Source: Chloroflexota bacterium
Lineage (GTDB): Bacteria; Chloroflexota; Limnocylindria; Limnocylindrales; CSP1-4
Assembly: GCA_037147135.1 (NCBI GenBank)
Contig: JBAWVU010000003.1
Coordinates: 1 to 32,947, forward strand
Direction: 5' to 3'
Length of the DNA stretch: 32,947 nt
Shown here one piece after another: positions 18,511 through 25,581 of this stretch. Every line of letters begins with the position of its first letter. Within the stretch, counting starts at the first letter, position 1. Under the pieces are notes generated by a model. That model was not told where the DNA came from and made no database searches. It saw only the letters and a list, made by a program, of their open reading frames with translations. Position numbers and translations under genes: made by a program.

Positions 18511-18564
18511 GTGTACGCTCCTGCGGCCCCGGCCGCGTTCGACATCGTGGACGTTGGTGTCTGA

Positions 18565-18587
18565 CCGCGACGGGCCCCCCGTCGCGG
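18565..18587 (-). terminator. Stem-loop between the ACT gene and hdrC
   Basis: 10-bp inverted repeat CCGCGACGGG / CCCGTCGCGG, 6 nt after the ACT stop. No U-tract. Confidence 0.4.
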
Positions 18588-18593
18588 CATCGA

Positions 18594-19001
18594 TCAGTCG
18601 CCGACCCCGACGAGGTCGGTGATCCCGAGAGCTGCCCTGGCCTTCTCTTCGTCGTCGACGGAGAACGCCATCTCAACGACGCCGTCCTTGCGGCCGACGA
18701 TGAGCGACCCGAGGATGTTCACCCCGGCCGCGTCGAGCGTCGACGCGACCTCGGCGAACGCGCCGGGCCGGTCGGCAAGCTCCACGATGATCGGGGAGCC
18801 CTCGATGAAGAGGCTCCCGAGCGAGTGGAGGACCTCGCGCGTCGCGGCGGTGTCCGTCGTCGTGAGGAACGCGCAGGCACAGGGACCCGCGCCAGCGCTC
18901 GCGATGTGGCGGATGTCGATCCCGCGGGCGGCGAGGGCCTTCGCGAGATGCGCGAGCTCCCCCGGCCGGTTGTCCAGCTGGACGACGAACTGCCGTGTCA
19001 T
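18594..19001 (-). CDS. Tandem ACT-domain protein
   Basis: Two repeats: VQLDNRPGELAHLAKALAARGIDI and VELADRPGAFAEVASTLDAAGVNI. GAGGTG RBS before ATG 19001. Confidence 0.88.
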   Translation of the reverse strand: MTRQFVVQLDNRPGELAHLAKALAARGIDIRHIASAGAGPCACAFLTTTDTAATREVLHSLGSLFIEGSPIIVELADRPGAFAEVASTLDAAGVNILGSLIVGRKDGVVEMAFSVDDEEKARAALGITDLVGVGD

Positions 19002-19154
19002 CGCCACCTCTCCTGCGACCCGATCGGGCACGGATGCCGCACGGCGCGACTGGCGCTCGGGCGGACGTCATGGTCGCGGCACGGGACACAGCGAGGGGAC
19101 ACGGTCCCGTTTCCGCGCTCCGAGCGTGCGGCGGACGGTGCGGGTGGGGCCAGT

Positions 19155-19206
19155 GCCGAACCGTCCCGGACCCCCGGGCCGAACCGTCCCGGACCCCCGG
19201 GCCGAA
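19155..19206. repeat. 23-bp exact tandem repeat (2.3 copies)
   Basis: GCCGAACCGTCCCGGACCCCCGG at 19155-19177 and 19178-19200, then GCCGAA. Confidence 0.9.
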
Positions 19207-19335
19207 GGCACCGCCAGGGCACCTCGCACGGCGCAGACGATGATCCGCATCCCGATCCCCACGACCACGCGGTCGCGCTCACCGACCACTGCCCCGTGCC
19301 GGCGGCCTGTCCGCGTCGCGTCCCTCACCGGGCGA

Positions 19336-20604
19336 TCACGTGGCGAACCGCGGGAGGTGCGCCCGGTCGGCGTCGAGGATCGCATCGAGGAGCGCGGCGG
19401 CGGTCTCGGCATCCGGGACGAGTGGGTTCGCGAGGAGCGCCCTGAACGCGACCGATCGGTCGCCCGTGAGCGCGGCCTCGATCGTGAGCTCCTCGTAGGC
19501 CTTGACCTGCTGGACGAGCCCGCGCATCTCGGGAGCGAGCGGCCCGAGCGCGACCGGGTGCGCGCCATCGCGGTGGATCCGGGCGGGCACTTCCACGACC
19601 GTGTCGTGGGGGAGCCCGGGCAGCGCGCCATCGTTGAGGACGTCGACGACCTGGAGGTCCCCCGCGTCGTCGTGGAGCGACGCGATGAGCCCGACGGCGG
19701 CCTCGCTGTAGAACGCCCCGCCGCGCTGCTCGAGCAGGGCGGGCTTGACGTCGAGCGCCGGGTCGCGATAGAGCTCGAGGAGCCCCCGCTCGATCTCCAT
19801 CACCTCTTCCGCCCGCGTCGGATGGCCGCGCTGCTCGGCGACGACCAGCGGCGTCGCGTAGTAGTAGCGGAGGTAGTACGAGGGGATCGCCCCCAGGCGG
19901 CGCATGAGCTCGAGCGGGAGCTCGACGTCGGCGGCGATCCCGGCGTCGTCGCGCGCGAGGAGCTCCGGGAGCCGGTCGACGCCGTCCACCCGCACGGCCC
20001 GCACCCACGACAGGTGGTTGAGCCCGACGTGCTCCAGCTCGACGCGCTCGGGTGCGACGCCGAAGTGCGCGGCGAACCGGCGCTGGAAGCCGATCGCCAC
20101 GTTGCAGAGCCCGATGGCCCGATGGCCGGCATCGAGGAGGGCCTGGGTGACGATCCCGACCGGGTTCGTGAAGTCGACGATCCACGCCCCCGGCGCGGCG
20201 CGGCGCGCGGCCTCCTCGGCGACCTCGAGGACGACGGGGACGGTCCGGAGCGCCTTCGCGAAGCCGCCGGGGCCGGTCGTCTCCTGTCCCACGCAGCCGA
20301 ACCGCGCGGGGATCGTCTCGTCGAGGAGGCGGGTGGACTGGCCTCCGACGCGGAGCTGGACCACGATGAAGTCGGCGCCATCGAGCGCGGCCGCCCGGTC
20401 ACCGGTGGCGACGAGCCGCCCGCCGAACCCGCGCCGCCGGAGGATGCGGCCGGCGAGCCCCGCCACGACAGCGAGCCGCTCGACGTCCGGATCGAGGAGG
20501 ACCACCTCGTCGACCGGGACTCTGTCGGCGCGCATCGCGAGCCCGTCGACGAGCTCCGGGGTGTATGTCGAGCCTCCGCCGACGACGGCGATCTTCACGC
20601 CCAT
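19336..20604 (-). CDS. GH4 NAD+-dependent 6-phospho-beta-glycosidase
   Basis: KIAVVGGGSTYTPE, QLRVGG, GQETTGPGG, DFTNP, GLCN, GLNH and RGGAFYS. Confidence 0.93.
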   Translation of the reverse strand: MGVKIAVVGGGSTYTPELVDGLAMRADRVPVDEVVLLDPDVERLAVVAGLAGRILRRRGFGGRLVATGDRAAALDGADFIVVQLRVGGQSTRLLDETIPARFGCVGQETTGPGGFAKALRTVPVVLEVAEEAARRAAPGAWIVDFTNPVGIVTQALLDAGHRAIGLCNVAIGFQRRFAAHFGVAPERVELEHVGLNHLSWVRAVRVDGVDRLPELLARDDAGIAADVELPLELMRRLGAIPSYYLRYYYATPLVVAEQRGHPTRAEEVMEIERGLLELYRDPALDVKPALLEQRGGAFYSEAAVGLIASLHDDAGDLQVVDVLNDGALPGLPHDTVVEVPARIHRDGAHPVALGPLAPEMRGLVQQVKAYEELTIEAALTGDRSVAFRALLANPLVPDAETAAALLDAILDADRAHLPRFAT

Positions 20605-20669
20605 CGAGCCACCCGCCCATCGAACGCGCGGGCGGCGCAGTCGTTCCGAACCTCCGGCCGCGTGTCATG

Positions 20670-20699
20670 CTTGCTTATAACTTTATCATCAAGTAGGGT
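20670..20699. promoter_or_regulatory. AT-rich divergent promoter region with a candidate GntR operator
   Basis: TTGCTTATAACTTTATCATCAAGTAGGGT is strikingly AT-rich for this DNA. It contains the dyad ACTT-N7-AAGT (20680-20694), a minus-strand extended -10 TGATAAAGT and a plus-strand TAGGGT. Confidence 0.6.
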
Positions 20700-20733
20700 G
20701 GCGACGAACGGTCCCGCACGCCTGACGAGGACG

Positions 20734-21567
20734 ATGGCCCGCTTCCTGCTCGAGTCCGGCCCGATCCCGCTCCACCACCAGGTCTACCTCGACCTGCGCG
20801 GCGCGCTCGAACGGGGCGAGTGGCGCGTCGGCGACCGGATGCCGACGGAGCGCGACCTCACGATCCGCTACGGCTGCAGCCTCATCACGATCCGTCGCGC
20901 GCTCGACGAGATGTCGCGCGAAGGGCGCCTGGAACGTGCGCGTGGCCGGGGGACGTTCGTCACGACGGCGCCCATCGTGCGCGACATCGCCGCGCGGGCG
21001 AGCTTCGCGGACGAGATGCGAGCGCGGGGCCTGGAGCCGTACGCTGAGGTGCTATCCGCCGTCGAGGAGCCAGTCGCTCCGGCCGTCGCGGAGGAGCTCG
21101 GGATCGCGCCCGGCGCGCCCGTCTGGTACCTCGAACGCGTCCGGGGGGCCGACGGCGTCCCGCTCCTCCTGGAGCAGGCCCGGCTCTCCGCCGCCACGTT
21201 CCCCGGCCTGCTCGACGAGGACTTCTCGACGGCGTCGCTCTACGACGTGCTGGAGCACCGCTACGGGCGGCGCGTCGTCCGGACCCGGGAGACGATCACC
21301 GCCGTGGCCCCGCGACGGCGCGAGGCGCAGCTCCTCGCCCTCCGAACGACGAGGCCGGCGCTCGCGCTCGAGGGCGCGGCCTACGACGAGGGCGGCGTCG
21401 CCGTCGAGCACAGCAGGACGATCGTGTCGGGCGAGCACGCCCGGTACTTCATCGAGACGAGCGGCACGCGGGCGCGGTCCGTGGAGCCGATGGACCTGCG
21501 GTCGGGCCGACGATCGGCGCGCTCGCGCACGAGGGCGTCGGGCGATCGTGCCCGGCCGGCCGGGTGA
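20734..21567 (+). CDS. GntR family regulator, HutC/UTRA subfamily (NagR/DasR-like)
   Basis: PLHHQV, GDRMPTERDL, SLITIRRAL, RGRGTFV wHTH, and a UTRA domain with SLYDVL. Confidence 0.92.
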   Translation: MARFLLESGPIPLHHQVYLDLRGALERGEWRVGDRMPTERDLTIRYGCSLITIRRALDEMSREGRLERARGRGTFVTTAPIVRDIAARASFADEMRARGLEPYAEVLSAVEEPVAPAVAEELGIAPGAPVWYLERVRGADGVPLLLEQARLSAATFPGLLDEDFSTASLYDVLEHRYGRRVVRTRETITAVAPRRREAQLLALRTTRPALALEGAAYDEGGVAVEHSRTIVSGEHARYFIETSGTRARSVEPMDLRSGRRSARSRTRASGDRARPAG

Positions 21568-21586
21568 GAGTAGGGAGGAGGAACCG

Positions 21587-22954
21587 ATGATCCGGAGGAT
21601 GAAGCCGGTCGCCGTCCTGGTCGCGACGGCGATCCTGCTCGCTGGGTGCAGCGGATCGGCGTCGCCCGCGCCGTCGGTCGCGGCGAGCGCGGCGCCGTCC
21701 GTCGAGGGCTCGCCCGCGCCGGCCATGAGCACCGCTCCCAGCGCGTCGCTCGACACGACCCCGGTGACGCTCACCGTATGGGACTACTACGGCATGGAGG
21801 TGACGCCGTTCACGCCCGACGCGATCGCGGCGTTCGAGAAGGAATTCCCCTGGATCACCGTCGACCGCCAGGACCTCGATTGGGACACGTTCATCGACAA
21901 GTTCAACGTCGCGGTGTCGTCCGGGCAGGGTCCGGATGTCGCGACGCTGGACATGACGTGGATCCCCACGCTCGCGTCGAACGACGTGCTGCTCGACCTC
22001 AAGGCGCTGAGCGGCGGGATGCTCAACGGCGCGCCGATCACCGACCAGTACTCGCAGGGCCCCATCGAGGCGATGACGTACGGGGACGCGTACGTGACGA
22101 TGATGAACGACTTCGACGCCTACGCCCTCTACTATCGCGCCGACCTCTTCGAGCAGAAGGGGATCGCGGTGCCGAAGACCTGGGACGAGCTCCGCGCGGC
22201 CGCGAAGAAGCTCGCCGAGGACGGCAACGGCGACGGCAAGCCGGACAAGTACCTCTACGCGGTCCGGCCCAACACGTTCCACTTCTCGCAGTTCCTCTTC
22301 CAGAACGGCGGGCAGCTGCTCAACCCCGAGGGGACCAAGGCGACGTTCAACAGCGACGCCGGTGTCGGCGCGCTCGACTACCAGGTCGGGCTCATCGGGG
22401 ACGGGACCGGCCTCTACTGGTCGGATGCCGACGGCGACCTGCCGCCCGCGCTCATCGACGGTCGGGTCGCGATGTTCTCCGACGGCCCCTACTACATGGG
22501 CCTGCTCAAGAGCGGCGTCCCCGACCAGTCGGGCAAGTGGAAGATCGCGATCGCGCCGTACTCGAAGCAGCCCGGCAGCTACCTCGGCGGGACCGGCCTC
22601 TCGATCCCGGCCAGCTCTGCGCACCAGCAGGCCGCGTGGCTCTTCATCGAGTACTTCCTCCGCCCCGAGCAGCAGGTCCTCGTCTATACCGTGACCGGGG
22701 CCGCGCCTGCCACGACCGCCGCGCTCCAGAGTCCCGAGCTGTCGCAGCCCGACCCGTACTTCGGGGGCGAGGTGCCGTTCACGGTCTTCCTCGACACGAT
22801 GGCGACGGCCACGCACTTCCCGTACGTGGCGGCGTGGTCGGAGGTCGACACGATCATCAACGAGAACCTCGACACGGCGCTCCTCGGCAAGACCGATTCG
22901 CGCGCCGCGCTGGACGCGGCCGCCGTGGCGGCGGACGTCATCCTCGCCAGGTAG
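21587..22954 (+). CDS. Carbohydrate ABC transporter substrate-binding lipoprotein
   Basis: GGAGGAGG RBS, lipobox LLAGC, Ser/Ala/Pro linker, GPDV, LYYRADLF, PKTWDEL and GGTGL. Confidence 0.92.
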   Translation: MIRRMKPVAVLVATAILLAGCSGSASPAPSVAASAAPSVEGSPAPAMSTAPSASLDTTPVTLTVWDYYGMEVTPFTPDAIAAFEKEFPWITVDRQDLDWDTFIDKFNVAVSSGQGPDVATLDMTWIPTLASNDVLLDLKALSGGMLNGAPITDQYSQGPIEAMTYGDAYVTMMNDFDAYALYYRADLFEQKGIAVPKTWDELRAAAKKLAEDGNGDGKPDKYLYAVRPNTFHFSQFLFQNGGQLLNPEGTKATFNSDAGVGALDYQVGLIGDGTGLYWSDADGDLPPALIDGRVAMFSDGPYYMGLLKSGVPDQSGKWKIAIAPYSKQPGSYLGGTGLSIPASSAHQQAAWLFIEYFLRPEQQVLVYTVTGAAPATTAALQSPELSQPDPYFGGEVPFTVFLDTMATATHFPYVAAWSEVDTIINENLDTALLGKTDSRAALDAAAVAADVILAR

Positions 22955-22976
22955 CGACCCGGGGCGGGGAAGGGGG

Positions 22977-23837
22977 ATGGTCCGGCGCATCCGCGCGGGG
23001 CTGCCGGGCTACGTGCTCGTCGCCCCGGCGGTGCTCGTGACCGTCGTCTTCTTCCTCGTGCCCATGGCCATCTCCGGGTACTGGAGCCTCACGCAGTACA
23101 ACGGCATCAAGCCCCCGGTCTTCGTCGGCCTGGACAACTACGCCGCGCTGCTCGGGGACCCGCGCTTCCTGCGGACCGTGCAGAACACCGTCTTCTTCGT
23201 CGTCATGGGGATGGGGATCGGCCCGCTCCTCGGGCTCGGCTCCGCGATCCTCCTCAACGAGTCCGTCCGCCTCCGGCCGCTCTTCCGGACCGCGTTCTTC
23301 CTCCCGACGATGGTCTCGCTCGTCGCGGTCGCGACGGTCTGGAAGATGCTCTACCAGGATCAGGGCCTCATCAACGACCTGCTGAGCACGTTCGGGCTCC
23401 CCGGGCATGCCTGGCTCAACGACGAGGCGACCGCGCTCCCGGCGGTCGTCGTGACGTCCATCTGGCAGGGGTTCGGGTTCGAGACGGTCGTCTTCCTCGC
23501 CGCACTGCAGGCGATCCCGCGCGAGGTCTACGACGCGGCGAAGGTCGACGGTGCCGGCGCCTGGGCGCAGTTCCGCCACGTCACGCTGCCCGGCCTGCGC
23601 GCGACGATCCTCTTCATCTACATCATCGGGATCATCGGGAGCTTCCAGGCCTTCGACCAGATCTTCGTCATGACGCAGGGCCGGCCGGGGATCTCCACGC
23701 GGACCGTCGTCTACGAGCTCGTCGACGAGTTCCAGCGGCTGGACCTGGGGTCCGCGTCGGCGATCGCGTACATGCTCCTCATCGTCCTCGCCGTGCTCTC
23801 GTTCGTCCAGCTCCGGTTCTTCGGGGAGCGCGACTGA
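22977..23837 (+). CDS. Carbohydrate ABC transporter permease
   Basis: FVGLDNY and EAA-loop variant YDAAKVDGA...FRHVTLP. Confidence 0.93.
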   Translation: MVRRIRAGLPGYVLVAPAVLVTVVFFLVPMAISGYWSLTQYNGIKPPVFVGLDNYAALLGDPRFLRTVQNTVFFVVMGMGIGPLLGLGSAILLNESVRLRPLFRTAFFLPTMVSLVAVATVWKMLYQDQGLINDLLSTFGLPGHAWLNDEATALPAVVVTSIWQGFGFETVVFLAALQAIPREVYDAAKVDGAGAWAQFRHVTLPGLRATILFIYIIGIIGSFQAFDQIFVMTQGRPGISTRTVVYELVDEFQRLDLGSASAIAYMLLIVLAVLSFVQLRFFGERD

Positions 23838-24679
23838 TGCACATGAGCGTCCCCCGGAGGATCGGCCTCTACGCGGTGCTCGTCGTCGCGGCGCTCGTCA
23901 TGATCGTCCCGTTCTACTGGACCCTGTCGACCTCGTTCAAGCTCCCCGGCGATGTCTTCTCGGGCAACGTCATCCCGAACCCGTTCACGCTCGAGAACTA
24001 CCAGGACGTCTTCCGGAGGCTCCCGTTCGCGACGTACTTCCTCAACAGCGTCATCGTGTCTGCGTCGATCGTCGGGCTCAACGTCATCTTCGGGACGGCG
24101 GCCGCCTACGCGTTCGCCAAGCTCCGGTTCCCGGGACGCGACCTCCTCTTCTTCGTCTTCCTACTCACGCTCATGGTCCCGTTCCAGGTGAACCTCATCC
24201 CGCTCTACCGGATCATGGTCGAGCTCCACAAGGCGATCCCGGCGATCGGCGTGGACACGTACTTCGGCCTCATCGCCCCGAGCGCGGTCCAGGTCTTCGG
24301 CATCTTCCTCATGCGCCAGTTCCTCCGGTCGATCCCGGACGAGATCCTCGAGTCGGCGCGGATGGACGGCGCGTCGGAGTGGCGCATCCTTCGCTCGATC
24401 GTGTTCCCGCTCGCGGCGCCCGGCATGGCGACGCTGGCGATCTTCACGTTCATCGGGGCATGGAACGACTTCCTCTGGCCCCTCATCGTCACGAACTCGG
24501 ACGGGATGCGCACGCTGCCGGTGGGCCTGGCGCTCCTCGCGCGGCGGAACACGGTGGTGTGGGGCCAGACGATGGCGGGAACGGTGGTCGCGGTCGCGCC
24601 GATGGTGGTCATCTTCCTCGTGCTCCAGCGGCGGTTCATCGAAGGGTTGACGGCAGGATCCGTGAAGGGAGGCGGATGA
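23837..24679 (+). CDS. Carbohydrate ABC transporter permease
   Basis: ESARMDGA, WNDFLWPL and QRRFIEGL. TGATG overlap with the previous gene. Confidence 0.93.
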   Translation: MHMSVPRRIGLYAVLVVAALVMIVPFYWTLSTSFKLPGDVFSGNVIPNPFTLENYQDVFRRLPFATYFLNSVIVSASIVGLNVIFGTAAAYAFAKLRFPGRDLLFFVFLLTLMVPFQVNLIPLYRIMVELHKAIPAIGVDTYFGLIAPSAVQVFGIFLMRQFLRSIPDEILESARMDGASEWRILRSIVFPLAAPGMATLAIFTFIGAWNDFLWPLIVTNSDGMRTLPVGLALLARRNTVVWGQTMAGTVVAVAPMVVIFLVLQRRFIEGLTAGSVKGGG

Positions 24680-25581
24680 GCGACGGCGGCGGGCGGGACA
24701 GGTTCCTCACCGAGATCCTCGAGCAGCCGGACGCGCTCCGGCGGGCGGGGGCCGCGCTCGTCGCCCAGCGTGACCGGCTCGACCACCTCGCGGCGTTCGC
24801 CGCGTCGCCGGGACCGATCGTCCTCACCGGGATGGGCGGCTCGCTCGACGCCTGCCACGCGGCTGCGACCGCGCTCGCGGCGGCTGGGATCATGGCCACG
24901 GTGCGCGGGGCGAGCGAGCTCGTCCATTTCGGCCTGCCGGCGCTCGCGCAGGGTGGGATCCTCGTCGTGGTGAGCCAGTCCGGCGAGAGTGCCGAGATCG
25001 TCCGGCTCGCCGAGGCGGTCCGCCACACGACCGGACGGCCCATCGTCGTGGCGGTCGCGAACGGTGCCGACAACCCGCTCGTCCGTCTGGCGGACATCCC
25101 GATCGACACGCGCGCCGGCGAGGAGCTCGCTCCATCGACGAAGAGCTTCGCGGCGTGCCTCGTGTCGCTCTCGGGGATCGTCCGCGCGCTCGCCGGGGCC
25201 AAGATGGGCGCGCTGTTGCTCGCGGAGGCCGTCGGGCTCGCGGCAGCGTCCCACGAGACGGGCGACTTCCGCCACGGCCCCCTCGAGCTGGCCGGGCCGG
25301 GGCTCGCGGTCGCGCTCCTCGCGCTGGAAGACGCGACGCTCGATCTCGACCTCGCCCTTGCGGACGAGCTGGCCGGTGCCGGCTCGCCGCTCCTCGTAGT
25401 GAGCCGCGACGGCGTGGGGCCGGCAGAGGCGATCCGGGTCGCCACCGGTCCGCTCGACCGGATGGTGGCCCCTGCCGTCGCCCTGGTGCCGCTCCAGCTG
25501 CTCGCGTGGCGCCTCGCCGTCCGGGCCGGCCGGACGCCGGGGGAGATGCTCCGCGGATCGAAAGTGACGCGCTGCGAGTGA
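24676..25581 (+). CDS. Double SIS-domain sugar-phosphate isomerase/deaminase (GlmS C-terminal/GlmD-like), apparently internally shortened
   Basis: EILEQP, TGMGGS, VSQSGES, STKSF, FRHGP and C-terminal SKVT. 301 aa. Confidence 0.8.
   Translation: MSDGGGRDRFLTEILEQPDALRRAGAALVAQRDRLDHLAAFAASPGPIVLTGMGGSLDACHAAATALAAAGIMATVRGASELVHFGLPALAQGGILVVVSQSGESAEIVRLAEAVRHTTGRPIVVAVANGADNPLVRLADIPIDTRAGEELAPSTKSFAACLVSLSGIVRALAGAKMGALLLAEAVGLAAASHETGDFRHGPLELAGPGLAVALLALEDATLDLDLALADELAGAGSPLLVVSRDGVGPAEAIRVATGPLDRMVAPAVALVPLQLLAWRLAVRAGRTPGEMLRGSKVTRCE

Noticed and set aside
19155-19206. Possible mini-CRISPR from the 23-bp repeats (also the 20-bp repeats at 5684-5728)
   Set aside because: The copies are directly adjacent with no spacers, and there are no cas genes in the window.
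19230-19300. His/Asp-rich stretch DDDPHPDPHDHAVALTDH as a possible Ni-binding peptide near the hydrogenase operon
   Set aside because: It occurs only in a shadow frame overlapping both neighbouring genes, with no credible start codon or RBS.
18619-20733. Long N-terminal extensions of ORF-track calls (GntR 982 aa, SulP 912 aa, MttB 943 aa, FUSC 743 aa) as fusion proteins
   Set aside because: The extensions overlap other real genes and are low-complexity. Internal starts with an RBS or a short gap to the upstream gene give family-typical lengths.
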